From Octopus vulgaris (lineage: Eukaryota), in assembly GCA_951406725.2 (NCBI GenBank), contig OX597823.1:117242001-117306000 (forward strand): a DNA stretch of 64,000 nt. Direction: 5' to 3'. Under the pieces are notes generated by a model. That model did no database searches and had not been told where the DNA came from. It was given only the letters and a program-made list of their open reading frames with translations. Each line of letters starts with the position of its first letter. The stretch's first letter is position 1. Both the position numbers and the translations under genes were made by a program. Positions 1 to 13,489 of the stretch are shown one piece after another.

Positions 1-209
1 AAAGCATTTTCCCAAAGTTTAGTAGGCTTGTAAAACGAACATGGTTCATCAGATGCTTGATGAGCTGGGTCTTTTCTATGAGCCTATGAAACTTTAAAGT
101 GCATGGAACTGATTCAAACTGTTATTGAATATTATGTGTAACTCCTATCAAATGTGTTGTATGCCACTTTCTTTCATTCATCCACTCATTCATAGGTATA
201 CACATTTAC

Positions 210-430
210 CGATCGCAGCCGTTTGCCAGCCTCGTCTGGCCACTGTGCCGGTGGCACATAAAAAGCACCCACTACACTCACGGAGTGCTTGGCATTAGGA
301 AGGGCATCCAGCTGTAGAAACACTGCCAGATCAGACTGGGGCCTGGTGCAGCCTCCTGGCTTCCCAGACCCCAGTTGAACCATCCAACCCATGCTAGCTT
401 GGAAAAAGGACGTTAAACGATAATGATGAT
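210..430 (+). mobile_element. SINE-like repeat family C (GGCACGTAAAAAGCACCC...GGAAGGGCATCCAGCTGTAGAAA...(GAT)n tail)
   Basis: Same ~200-bp body recurs >10 times in the window, ending in a (GAT)n tail. Confidence 0.8.
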
Positions 431-1484
431 ATATATATATGCACACCTATATGTGTATAGACACACCTATGTGCAACTTTTCACTAAATGCGGTTTATTT
501 CTTTTTCATGCAATTAAAAACTAGTAAATACTGAAATATATTAGTTCACTGGTGTTGTGTGTGTGTGTGTGTGTGTGTCCATGTGCACAGCCAGGTTTTG
601 ATTAGTTTCAAAAAGAGGACAATTGGTTGAAGCCTCAAACCAATTTTCTTGGCTACTTATTTCTTTCAAACGATACAAAGATTTATGGGGAAATATTTAT
701 CAATAGATAATAATATATCACTGTTGACCTTGCTCCTCCCACTCCTCTATCTTGCCTACGTTTTATACCTTTACTGGCAAATACAGCAATCTCTGAAGAA
801 AGTTTCGCTTCTATAGGCAATTTATATTATTCCGTCTATTAATCATTCCTTTTATGTGAGATGACTACAATAATCTTTCTTTGATATTAACAACAACAAG
901 AACAACAACAACATCATAAATAGTTCTAGTGACCATAACAATAGTAGTAATAATTTCTTAAATTGGCAGTCTATCACACATTTATAGAGGAAGGGTATTA
1001 ATGTTTAGCCACCCCATCTCACCGTACCCTTTTCATAAATAGGTTATTTATGGTATTGGCCCTAGTGAGTAAATGAAACATAATGTTGGCCCCAGGAGCG
1101 GGTGGTTAAATGGCAATGGAGAGAGTTTATACTAAATATTATTAGACAGATATTCCAACATACCATTTCCATCATTCCACTATAAAGGTAATAATAATAA
1201 TGATATCATTAATTGGTGTATTGATTACTATAATGAACTTCAATTTATTTCCATTTCACTTAGTCTTTATCTGTGTTTCATTACTTGGTCTATTGGTCTG
1301 CTAGAAATAGCAGCCAAATGTCCCTCAACAGGCACTCTACTACCATATATAGGGATATGACATATTAGATGAAATAATCCTACATGCACTTAAAAAAGAC
1401 AGGTCAGTCATGGATGGAACGTCTTTAATCAAAGTTCTGCTCTATTGGTGTTAATCTAGGATTAAACAGCAAACACACTACATA

Positions 1485-1586
1485 CTACTTGCCTGTAATT
1501 ACTTGACCATTTACCAACACACCTGTAATTATTCAACCATTAACCTACTCACCTGTAATTACTCAGCTATTTTTCTACTCACCTAT
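1485..1586. repeat. ~30-bp minisatellite, ~3.5 diverged units (CTACTCACCTGTAATTACTC...)
   Basis: CCTGTAATTA recurs at ~30-bp spacing. Confidence 0.7.
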
Positions 1587-1658
1587 TGAAAATGCCCCAG
1601 ATGAATCAAACTGTAACAATTCAGCTGTATCCAAAGAATTTACTTTTCCTTTCATTAT

Positions 1659-2040
1659 AGGTGCAGGAGTAGCTGTGTGGTGAGTAGCTTGCTTACCAAC
1701 CACATGGTTCTGGGTTCAGTCCCACTGCATGGCACCTTGGGCAAGTGTCTTCTACTATAGGCTCGGGCCGACCAAAGCCTTGTGAGTGGATTTGGTAGAC
1801 AAAAACTGAAAGAAGCCCGTCGTATATATGTATATATGTGTCTGTGTTTGTCCCCCCAATATCACTTGACAACTGATGCCGGTGTGTTTACGTCCCCGTA
1901 ACTTAGCAGTTCGGCAAATGAGACCAACAGAATAAGTACTAGGCTTACAAAGAATAAGTCCTGGGGTCGACTTGCTTGACTAAAGGCTGTGCTCCAGCAT
2001 GACCACAGTCAAATGACTGAAACAAGTACAAGATAAAAGA
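1659..2040 (+). mobile_element. tRNA-derived SINE family A, full length
   Basis: A-box-like GCTGTGTGG and B-box-like GGTTCAGTCCC head, internal microsatellite, tail ...GACTGAAACAAGTA; ~15 copies in window. Confidence 0.9.
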
Positions 2041-4214
2041 TAATACCTGAAATGTATTCTATATTCATTCTAAATAATTTCATCTCTATAAATTATGTTT
2101 TCTATGTGAAATTATGTATTCTGTACTAAATTTGGATTCATTTTAGTCTGTGCTTTATATTCAAGATCAAACTCCTGACTAAAAGGTGTTTTCCAACCAA
2201 AATTTTACAACCACCTTCACATATCAGGAAGTCATATTTTCTCTATGGTTGTACTGCTACTACAACTACAACGACTACTACTGCTGCTGTTGTTGTTGTT
2301 AAGCAACAAGACGGATACGGGTGATTAGGTGATGGTCTAGGGCTTAGGGGCGGGAGGCCCCAGACCTTGGAAAAAAAAACTTTGGTCGTCTTGTTGTAGT
2401 CAAGGGCTCTTCGTTGATGCCCGACACCATTGGGAGGTGGCCCTCGAGGTTGCTGGAAATGGAAATCTCCAGGTCCAAATTCTTGGGTGGTTGCTGCTGC
2501 TACTACTACAACTACTACTACTACAACAACAACTACTACTACTACTCCTCTGCTTAGATGTATCCATCTCCTGTCCAATGTAATTTCAATGTCACATTTT
2601 TCCCATCACATGAGATAAAACCTTTGTTTAGCTACAAAATCTCCCTCGAATTATAACCTACTACCCTAAACCACTGAGGAAACATTATCTAATGTAGTCC
2701 TACATAGAATTTTCCAAGGATCCTTATGACTGGGATGCTTTTGAACATTGATACACTTGATCAGAGTAATCAAGGTGTTAATCAACATTTTCTACCTGAC
2801 ATTTGCTCAGAAACCCAACCCAAGTCTCGTTAGTAATTAGAAAGAAGTCAAAGAAAATTCTACAAAAAATTTTTCTTTTTCTCCACAGACTTCATCTCCT
2901 TATCATTCATTCCTACATCAGTTTTCTATCTATGGCATTATTCTGCTGCTGTAATTAAATGAAAGCATATCACCCCATTTCATGTCGTCGTCGTCATCAT
3001 CATGGTGGTGGCGGTGGTGGTGAGGGGGAGGAGGAGGGGGAAAATGTAATGAAGCATTTTAAGTCAAAACAGGTGCCTTTATTGCAATACTTGTAAGCAG
3101 GTATACTCTAGACCAGGGCAACCTCGGCTGTTGATCACAGAGCAACATTTATTTTGTCTATCGATCGAACGATGTTTATATATTAAGAGAAATATATGAA
3201 ACATGTTTTTATTGTGAAAATTATATTAAACCTAAATATCAAAAAAAAACAACAATAAAAACTATCCCAATGGCTGCCTGTTTAACTAATTAACAATTAT
3301 GAACTTGATTACATTAACGTTGTTAAAGATATACAATGTCAACTTTTACATTGATTTCAATAAAATAATTATTACTTTCTAAAAACATTTTCTCTCTTTA
3401 ATTAATTTGAAAACACTTGTTTAATATAAGGTCTCACATAAGAATACACACTCCCACACTCAGATTCACACAGACACACATAGAAGCAGTATGGTCAAAT
3501 AGTTAAGAATTTCACTTCACAACCACAAGGTGTTAGGTTCAGTACCACTGCATGGCACCTTGAGCAAGTGTCATTTTTTTTTATAGCTGCAGATCAGTCC
3601 ATACCTTGTGAATGGAACTGGTTCTCAGAAATTGCACAAAAGTCCTTCTGGTGGATTGTCTTTATAATTCAAAGTTGCAACCTTGTCACAAACTATGTCC
3701 CGCTGATCCTGCTTGAAGATTTTGTTGAGGGTCTGTAGCTCTATGAAATACATGGTCACTAACATACTCATTCAATGAGCACTGAATCCACACTGGAAAA
3801 AAACATTCATCCAGCTATACACACACGCACACACACACAAACACACACATACAAACACACACACTCACACATAAACATACACACACATATAAGTACAGGT
3901 ATGGCTGTGTGATTTGAGGCTTGCTTCCCAACGTCATATTTATGGGTTCAGTCCCTTGGCACATTTTTTCTACGACATCCCTGGAATAACCAAAACCTTA
4001 TGCATGGATTTGATAGACAAAATTTGTAAAAAAAAATATCAAGTGCATATGTGTGTGTGTGTGTGTGTGTGTATAATTTCATTTCTAATATAAGGGTAAA
4101 TAATTATTAATTTTAAAATTAACAATTAGTACCAAGTAGTTATCGGTATGAAAAGGGTACTATAATCGGTAGGAACTTTTAGAAAAAGTTTTTTTTACAT
4201 ATATATATATATAT

Positions 4215-4281
4215 AGAGTTAAGCAACAGGTTGCTATTTCTAAATTTTCAGTATGTGGTTTAGCAACTTGTTGCTTAACCC

Positions 4282-4282
<1 letters not shown>
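4215..4282. repeat. 68-bp palindromic mini-element between (TA)n tracts
   Basis: AGAGTTAAGCAACAGGTTGCTA pairs with TAGCAACTTGTTGCTTAACCCT. Confidence 0.7.
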
Positions 4283-4316
<34 letters not shown>

Positions 4317-4324
4317 TTTATTCT

Positions 4325-4682
4325 TTTTAGTCGTTAGTCATTATAGGTATAAGTTAGAGGTGTTTAAAACCTCTAAGGGGTGGTTAAATCCATAGGTGTT
4401 CCTGGTGATTACCTGCGTAGGTACAGTTCTTGGTAAAAGGTATACAGTAGCAGGTAATTCAGTGGGTAAACCGTAGTTTAAATTATATGCAAGAAGAAAA
4501 TGGAGGTAAAATAAAAGGAAGAAGTTGGTCACTTGCGCTAGTAAGCCATTAATTTAATTAATTGATAAAGAAAAGTGGTAGTAAGAGTACATTCATGATC
4601 GTTTCTGTTTACTAGTTGTAGTTGTCGACATCATCAGAATGCAGAGTCATATGTAGAGGTAAGAAGAGCGAAAGACATAGGG
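4325..4682 (-). mobile_element. Probable Penelope-like pLTR remnant with hammerhead-like core
   Basis: Bounded by (TA)n; minus strand reads CTGATGA-TGT...ACA-GAAAC at ~4601-4637. Confidence 0.4.
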
Positions 4683-4724
<42 letters not shown>

Positions 4725-4796
4725 ATCTATACTGTAATCTCTCGACTATCGCTGGTGAAAATCCATGAAGTTGTAGAAACAGTGCTGTACTCTAAT

Positions 4797-5153
4797 ACTT
4801 GTTTCAGTCATTTGACTGTGGCCATGCTGGAGCACCGCCTTTGGTCGAGCAAATCGACCCCAGGACTTATTCTATCACCCTCGATTTGCCGAACCGCTAA
4901 GTTACGGGGACGTAAACACACCAGCATCGGTTGTCAAGTGATGTGGGGGGGGGGGCAAACACAGACACACAAACATATACACACACATACATATATATAC
5001 ATACATATATGCAATGGGCTCTTTTCAGTTTACGTCTACCAAATCCACTCACATGGCTTTGGTCGGCCTGAGGCTAAGGTGCCACGCAGTGGGACTGAAC
5101 CCAGAACCATGTGGTTCATAAGCAAGCTGCTTACCACACAGCCACTCCTACGC
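4797..5153 (-). mobile_element. SINE family A with internal deletions
   Basis: Reverse complement of 1659-2040. Confidence 0.85.
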
Positions 5154-5348
5154 TTATTTTATTTTTATTATTTTTATAATTTGTATATATTTATTTGTTT
5201 ATAAATGCAAAACACCACCATGGAGGAATTGATGTCAGCTTAAATGATAAACAATGATAGGTGGACCGCGATATGGTGAGGGATTATGGTATATATATGT
5301 ATGTTTGTGCATGTAGATAGATACATACATACATATAAACATACATAC

Positions 5349-5510
5349 CGCAGGAGTGGCTGTGTGGTAAGTAGCTTGCTTACCAACTACATGGCCCCAA
5401 GTCCAGTCCCATTGTGTGGCACCTTAGGTAAGTGTCTTCTACTACAGCCTCAAGACCAAAGCCTTGTGAGTAGATTTGGTTGGAAGAAATTGAAAGGAGG
5501 TGGTCATATT

Positions 5511-5562
<52 letters not shown>

Positions 5563-5783
5563 TGTATGTATGTATGTATGTCCCTGTTTGTCCCCACCAC
5601 TATCGCTTAACAACTGATGTTGGTGTGTTTACATCCCCGTAATTTAGCAGTTTGGCAAAAGAAACCGATAGAATAAGTACTAGGCTTGGAAAGAATTAGT
5701 CCTGGGGTTGATTTGTTTGACTAAAGGCAGTGCTCCAGCATGGCCAAAGTCAAATGACTGAAACAAATAAAAGAATAAAAGAA
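5349..5783 (+). mobile_element. SINE family A
   Basis: Matches family A; internal (TATG)n expansion. Confidence 0.85.
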
Positions 5784-5827
5784 TAGATACATACATACAT
5801 ACATACATACATACATACATACATACA

Positions 5828-5858
<31 letters not shown>

Positions 5859-6087
5859 GAGTGTAGGTGTGTCTATGTTTGTTTTCTGTTTGCCCTCAAG
5901 CACTGCTTGACAACTGGTGTTGCATGGTTTACCTCTCCATCACTGAGAGGTTCATCAAAAGGAGACTAACAGAATAAATACCAAGCTTTAAAAAATAAGT
6001 CCTGGGTTTAATCTGTTCAGCTAAACCCTTGAAGGTAGTGCCCCAGTATGGCTGAAGTCCAATAACTGAAACCAGAAAAAGTATTAT

Positions 6088-6484
6088 TCTTCTCTACTCT
6101 AGGCACACGGCCTGAAATTTTGGGGGAGGGCCAGTCGATTAGATCGACCCCAGTACGCAACTGGTACTTAATTTATCAACCCCAAAAGGATGAAAGGTGA
6201 AGTTGACCTTGGTGGAATTTGAACTCAGAACATAATGGCATGTGTAATACTTATTTCTTTACTACCCACAAGGGGCTAAACACACAGATGACAAACAAGG
6301 ACAGACAAATGGATTAAGTCGATTACATCGACCCCAGTGCATAACTGGTACTTAATTTATCGAACCCGAAAGGATGAATGGCAAAGTCGACCTCGGCGGA
6401 ATTTGAACTCAGAACGTAGTGGCAGATGAAATACCGCTAAGCATTTCACCCGGCATGCTAACATTTCTGCCAGCTCACCACCTT
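6088..6484 (-). mobile_element. SINE family B, dimeric form
   Basis: Head GGTGAGCTGGCAGAAA...GAGTTCAAATTCC; two bodies with two different tails; same structure at 28300-28695. Confidence 0.85.
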
Positions 6485-6894
6485 GTATTATTGCCAGCTG
6501 TTAATTAGCATGCAAATTACAATAAAAAGTACTCCAGCTGCAGTACATTTATTTATTAATTATTGAGGAGCTTTGGGCACCAGTAAATGATGGAAGAATC
6601 AATATAGTGGAGCATCAGTCCATTGAGCATATGTTGATATCATTTAGGAGTATTTTACTAGGGTTTTTTTTTTGGGGGGGGGGAGTTGACATGTCTCTAA
6701 ACAGAACACTTTATCCTATATGTTGAGACAATATGTGAAAATGTTTCATAGAAAGTACATATGATATACTAGCAATAGCTCCCAGGGAAAATGGTTCTCA
6801 CATCGACAGCAGAAAACGGAGTTAATCACAGGATCTATATAGGTTATGATTGTATAATTAATGCGTACACACCCAGATACACATACAAATATAT

Positions 6895-6909
6895 ATCATA
6901 TATGTATAA

Positions 6910-6958
<49 letters not shown>

Positions 6959-6961
6959 TAT

Positions 6962-7010
<49 letters not shown>

Positions 7011-7060
7011 CATATATATATATGTGTGTATATACATATATACACACACACACACATATC
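6895..7060. repeat. Compound (TA)n/(CA)n microsatellite
   Basis: Direct inspection. Confidence 0.95.
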
Positions 7061-7560
7061 TCAGTATATACACTTTTTCTTCCACCTTTTAATAAGAGCT
7101 TCTCCTCATGCCTTCAGTTGTATGTGATATTATAATTTTGTAAATTAGTTTAAACAGTTAATTAATGGACTACTCAATTAATAAATTAATTAAAAGATTG
7201 CCCAGAGGCCAAATGATAAATTGATTATTTCCCTTTCTTTATGTGTCATGTAATAGCTGTGGTTAATGGATATTTATAATATTTTGAGGAAGCATCAGGA
7301 CATATGATAGAAATATGTTTTTGTTTATTGATTTTTAATGTTGGCTAAAGCCCATATATTGGGGTCAGTCTGTCTAATTGACCTCAGTGCCTGAATTGTA
7401 TTTTGTTTTAATGAATCCCCAAAGAATGAAAGCTAGACTTGACTTCAGTTTGATTTGAAATCAGAATGTAACAAAATATAATGAAATTCCACAAGACATT
7501 TTGTCTGATGTTCTACCCACAGTTCTCATCATCTTCTTTTTATTTTTGATCATGGAGACA

Positions 7561-7775
7561 AGGCAATGAGCTGGCAGGATCGTTTGCCTGCTGGGCAAAA
7601 TGCTTCATGGCATTTTGTCTGGTGTCATGTTCTGAGTTCAAAATCCGCTGAGTTTCACTTTGCCTTTCAGTTATTTCAGGGTCAATAAAATAAGTACCAG
7701 TTGAACAATGGGGTCGATGTGATTGATTTACCCCTACCTCTAAACTTGCTGATTTTGTACCAGAATTTGAAATCA
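7561..7775 (+). mobile_element. SINE family B
   Basis: GAGCTGGCAG...GAGTTCAAAATCC...TTTGCCTTTC...AAGTACCAG. Confidence 0.8.
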
Positions 7776-8142
7776 TTATCAACCATTGAGTTGAGGTATA
7801 ATGTCTTCAACTATTTACAGTGATAACCACAATAGAAACGCGACTGGCCCAACATGTAGTTATTCATCCAACCAAGAACTGAACTTGTGACTTCTAGTTA
7901 TGTAGTTGATGTGTGTCTTTAATTGTGTTATGAATAAATATGATAATCTTAACCGATATTTCCACTGAGAATCAGGAACAACATATATAACTACAACACT
8001 AATGCCAAATTCCTGAAGACAAATCATATGTCAGTGGATGAGGTAAGAACTGACCTTGTCACCCTTGAAATTAGTATTCGAAATCCATAGATATATGCCA
8101 ACAAATAAAAATTCATGATTTCTTGTCTCGTGTGTGTGAGTG

Positions 8143-8330
8143 ATCATCATCATTTAACATCTGTTTTCCATGCCGGCATGGGTTAGATGATTTGATCAGA
8201 GCTGGCAAGTTGGAGAGCTGCGCCAGGTTGCAGTCTGATCTGGCTTCGTTTCCACAGATGGATGCTCTTCCTAATGCTAAACACTTCACAGAGTGCTGGG
8301 TGCTTTTACGTAGCACTGACACAGCACTCG
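8143..8330 (-). mobile_element. SINE-like family C
   Basis: (CAT)n then TTTCCATGC...GGATGCTCTTCCTAATGC. Confidence 0.7.
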
Positions 8331-8769
8331 TGGAGGCCAATTCTCTTCAGCAGAGTGAGTGGCATTTACACTTCTACTGTGAAGGACAGAGAAGCAATGA
8401 AATTATGTGATATTTCAAAGAATATAACCATAGTGATGTGGAGACAATAAAATGAATTACAAGTCCAGTGAGTTCACAAGTCTAAGAGGTGCTTTTGAAG
8501 ATCATGAAACAATTCCCTTTCTTCAGTTAACTCAGCCAGTCATAAAGGGCCTGCAAAATCATGAGTGCATACCTTCCTTTCCAGTGAGTTCACAGGTATA
8601 AGAGGTTGCCTATGAGTACCATATAACAGAGTCTTGGAGGGACGGTACAGACATAGGTGCATCCCCTTCTTTTTTGGTTAGGGCAACTGCAATCATTTCA
8701 CCCAATAAACAAAATATCACTCATGGCCCACATGGGCGTGGCACCGGCTATTTGGATATGTGCAGTGGA

Positions 8770-8828
<59 letters not shown>

Positions 8829-9249
8829 ATCTGTAGTGTCTGACATGGAACTTGTAACTTTGGTGTATTGTGTATTATGAATATATTGCAAAGAGTGTGG
8901 CTTAACACAGTACAAACAATTCCTGTCGTGAAAGAGTTGAGGTTGAAAACACAAAATAAAGGACAAAATGTAGAAATAGCAGGGGAAAAAAAAGCCTTTT
9001 CATTTACTATTTTAAGCATTGCTGCAAGAATCATGAGTTGTAGAAGAATGGTATATATTCTCTCCTTGGAAAAGAATATGTCTCTTCACAGTCACCAGAA
9101 GAAAAATTGCCATCTTCCTCACTCACCAGGTATATTTATAAATCTATTTATCTATATATAGATATAGATATATATATAGATATTTATCATCTATGTGTGT
9201 ATATCTATGTGAGAGTATCTATCACATTTATCAATCTTTCTTTGCGTGA

Positions 9250-9288
9250 GTGTGTGTGTGTGTGTGTGTATATACATATACATATACA

Positions 9289-9366
<78 letters not shown>

Positions 9367-9485
9367 CATACATGGTATGAGTGGGGAAGATAGCAAATTT
9401 CTCTTCTGATAACTGTGAAGGAACACCTTCTTTAACTCACACACACACACATACATACATACATAAATATATATATATAAACACA

Positions 9486-9547
<62 letters not shown>

Positions 9548-9734
9548 AAAATATATGTGTGTGTGTGTTTGTATATTTGTATGCATATATGTATACTTAT
9601 TTCTATGTATCTATCACATAGGTATGCTTATATATTCATATGCTTGTAAATATATATATATATATATATATATCTTTGAATATATTTATATATACATACA
9701 TGCATATATATATACATATATAATACACACACAC

Positions 9735-9790
<56 letters not shown>
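9250..9790. repeat. Compound TA/TG/CATA microsatellite tract
   Basis: Direct inspection. Confidence 0.9.
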
Positions 9791-9793
<3 letters not shown>

Positions 9794-10450
9794 TGACTGG
9801 CTTAAAGCCAGATAAGTTTCAGGTGGAAGATCAAATACATTATTCAGCAAGTTTCAGCAGTGCGTGAAATTTCTATTTGGACTCCAAATGATTCTTGCAA
9901 TATTCCTCAACGACTAAGGAGCTTCCACCTGCCATAATCATAATAGGTTTTGGTGTCATTCGTAAACAGAAACTGTCAAAGATATTTTACTGCCGTCCAT
10001 TTCAGTTCTAAAAATAAATTGAATATCCCTGTAGCTGGCACTGTCTTTATAGATCACAAAATTCCATTATGTTTTGGAAAGCATGATTTAGACTGATGTA
10101 GACTGTGATACTGTGTGTGTGTGTACATGTGTGTGTGAGTGGTAGTTTTCGTCAGTCAGAGTAAATCATCCTCAAACAGCTAAAAAAAAAATACATACAT
10201 GCAGATACACACACATACACATGTACATATATACTCTCACACATATACATACATACACACACGAAAGGAAATCTAAAATTAATTTATTTATAGAAATAAT
10301 ACTACTGATTGGATTGAGAGACATACAGACGTATTCCAAAGGAAAGAATCGGACAGATAGATAGTCTGTGTGGGAGAAAGAGAGAGTGATAGACAGATAA
10401 ATTAGTATTGGATGAGAAAGAAAAAGATAGAGAGATGGAAGAGTAGACGA

Positions 10451-10485
<35 letters not shown>

Positions 10486-10659
10486 AGAGTAAATGTGAAG
10501 ATAAAAAGGCAGATAAATTGTTAAAGAGAGAGAGAGAGAGGTGGAGAAATGAAATAGGGGTCTGCAAACTGAAGTGATGGACAGCCAGAATTTACCAAAA
10601 TATTGATTTCCAACTATGGTGGTTTATGTGGATATCATTGTCTTTATACATTAAACACA

Positions 10660-10723
10660 CACATGTATATATGTATGTGTGTGTGTGTGTGGTGTGTGTG
10701 TGTATGTGTATAAGTTATGTATG

Positions 10724-10754
<31 letters not shown>

Positions 10755-10794
10755 GTATATATTTATACATATATATATACATATGTATATATTT

Positions 10795-10845
<51 letters not shown>

Positions 10846-10945
10846 TTATACATACATATATATATATACATATGTATATATTTATACATACATATATATA
10901 TATATATATATACATATGTATATATTTATACATACATATATATAT
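10660..10945. repeat. Compound TA/TG microsatellite
   Basis: Direct inspection. Confidence 0.9.
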
Positions 10946-11092
10946 CATCATCATCATCATCATCATTCATTTAACGTCCGCTTTCCATGCTAGCATGGGT
11001 TGGACGGTTCAACTGGGTTCTGGGGAGCCCAAAGGCTGCACCAGGCCAGTCAGATCTGGCAGTGTTTCTACAGCTGGATGCCCATCCTAACG
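10945..11092 (-). mobile_element. SINE-like family C, 3' part
   Basis: Reverse complement of the 3' part of 210-430. Confidence 0.8.
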
Positions 11093-11335
11093 CATATTTA
11101 TGTGTGCGTATATAATATATGTATGTGTATTTGCAATTTGTGTGTGCATACAGAATCTTAAAAGATGTTAAAATGGAAAGATTTATTGTGTTTATTTACA
11201 TCCCTTGAGATTCTGAGTTCAAATCCTAGCTTTCATTCCTCCAGTTATACACACTGTTTAGTAGGAATCGATTGAAACAATCTATAATTCCCATGCATTT
11301 GTCAATTGGGGATCTCATGCTAATATAAGTAATAT

Positions 11336-11779
11336 TCTCTTCTATACTACGCATATGGCCCAAAATTTTTGGGGAAGGGTCCAGTCAATTAGATCGACCC
11401 CAGTACACAACTGGTACTTAATTTATCAACCCCGAAAGCATGAAAGGCAAAGATGATATCAGCAGAATATGAACTGAGAATGTGAAGACAGACGAAATAC
11501 CTGTAAGCATTTTGTCCGACGTGCTAACGTTTCTGCCAGCTTGCCACCTTAAAATGTAGTTATGTTGTTTTCTATTCTAGGCACAAGGCCCGAAATTTTG
11601 GGGGAGGAGCCAGTTGATTAGATCAACCCCTAGTATGCAAATGGTACTTAATTGATCGACCCCAAAAGGATGAAAGGCAAAGTCAACATCAGCAGAATTT
11701 GAACTCAGAACGTAAAGACAGAAGAAATACCAAAAAGCATTTTGTCCAGCATGCTAACATGTCTGCCAGCTTGCCACTT
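11336..11779 (-). mobile_element. Two tandem SINE family B copies (11336-11549, 11570-11779)
   Basis: Each is the reverse complement of the family B body. Confidence 0.85.
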
Positions 11780-11800
11780 TGTTAATATAAGCAATATTGT

Positions 11801-12018
11801 TAGGTGGTGAGCTGGCAGAATCATTAGCACACTATGCAAAATGCTTTGTGGTGTTTTATCCATCTTTACGTTCTGAGTTCAAATTCTGTCAATGTCAACT
11901 TTGGCTTTTATCCTTTCAGGATCGATGACATAAGTACCTGTGCAATACTGGGATCAATGTAATTGACTTAAACCCCCTCCTCTCAATTTTCTGGCCTTGT
12001 ACCAAAATTTGAAACCAA
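11801..12018 (+). mobile_element. SINE family B, head-to-head with the previous copy
   Basis: GGTGGTGAGCTGGCAGAATC...GAGTTCAAATTC. Confidence 0.85.
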
Positions 12019-12466
12019 TATAAATAATATTGTACTGTGTGGGAGATTCCTACAGATTTTATCTTTGATTGGGGACCTGTTAACCTTCAAGATCTCCATA
12101 CATGATATCTAGGTTTAGTTATCCTACCAGAACTATTCTTGTTTTCCATAAACTATAACTGTGAGAGGGGGCTTTTAATTAATTTGTAGGTGTAAGTGGA
12201 ATGTTCATCAACCTTCCAGTAGCTCCACCACTTTCAGCTGTGTCACTATATTTTAGCTATTGACAGTTAATTAGTCTTTTTACAAAATGTAACTTATTTT
12301 TGTCTTTAGACACAAGAGAACTCTGCAGACAAAATCACTTTCCAACTGAATCTTCTGTTACACTAGAACTGCACACAGCTATAATTCTCTCTAATTCTCA
12401 ACATAGCTTGTTCCAAAGAATATGGTGGAAAGCTGGTAGAATAATTAGCTCGCCAGGAAAAGTGTT

Positions 12467-12660
12467 TACTCTTTTACTTGTTTCAGTCATTTGACTGTGG
12501 CCATGCTGGAGCACCGCCTTTAGTCGAGCAAATCGACCCCAGGACTTATTCTTTGTAAGCCTAGTACTTATGCTATCGGTCTCTTTTGCCAAACTGCTAA
12601 GTTACAGGGACGTAAACACACCAGCATCGGTTGTCAAGCAATGTTGGGGGGACAAACATG

Positions 12661-12698
<38 letters not shown>

Positions 12699-12872
12699 TC
12701 TATATACACATATATACGACAGGCTTCTTTCAGTTTCTGTCTACCAAATCCACTCACAAGGCTTTAGTCGTCCCAAAGCTATAGTAGAAGACACTTGCCC
12801 AAGGTGCCACGCAGTGGGACTGAACCCAGAACCATGTGGTTGGTAAGCAAGCTACATACCACACAGCCACTG
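12467..12872 (-). mobile_element. SINE family A
   Basis: Full reverse-complement match to family A. Confidence 0.9.
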
Positions 12873-13286
12873 GCATTCCATCCATTTTTATACTCTGAGT
12901 TCAAATCTGCTGAAGCCAACTTTGCTTTTCATCCCATTCAGGGTCAATAAAATAAATACCAGTTGAACGCAGGGGTTGATGTCAGTGACTTACTCCCTTC
13001 CTGAAATTGTTGGTCTTGGGCCAAAATTTGAAACCAGTATTGTTCCAAAGAATTCTATTACAAAAGAAATGTAAAATGAGTGATTGCTTCCAAAATCCTC
13101 AAAAAGTTTTAAAGGCCTGTATTTCAATTTACTTTGGAGCTAAAGAAAAAGAAGAGATTATTTTTTTTTTGTCTCTCCACACACCATTGTACAACATGTA
13201 ACATTCTCAAACAATCTAGAATGAATTCCCAACATCTCTAAAACTCATTTTGTTTCTCCATTATTTGCATTTCATATTTTCTACTA

Positions 13287-13357
<71 letters not shown>

Positions 13358-13386
13358 AACATATGTATCCATCCATCCATCCATCC

Positions 13387-13433
<47 letters not shown>

Positions 13434-13489
13434 ATCTATCCTCTATCAGTCTATATTTCTATCTATCTATCAGTCTCACTACACATGCT

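Noticed and set aside
2243-2618. ORFs with poly-Val/poly-Thr
   Set aside because: Driven by (ACT)/(ACA) trinucleotide repeats
12631-12846. Recurrent ORFs ending SVYQIHSQGF...GLNPEPCG
   Set aside because: Antisense translation of SINE family A, with frames broken differently in each copy
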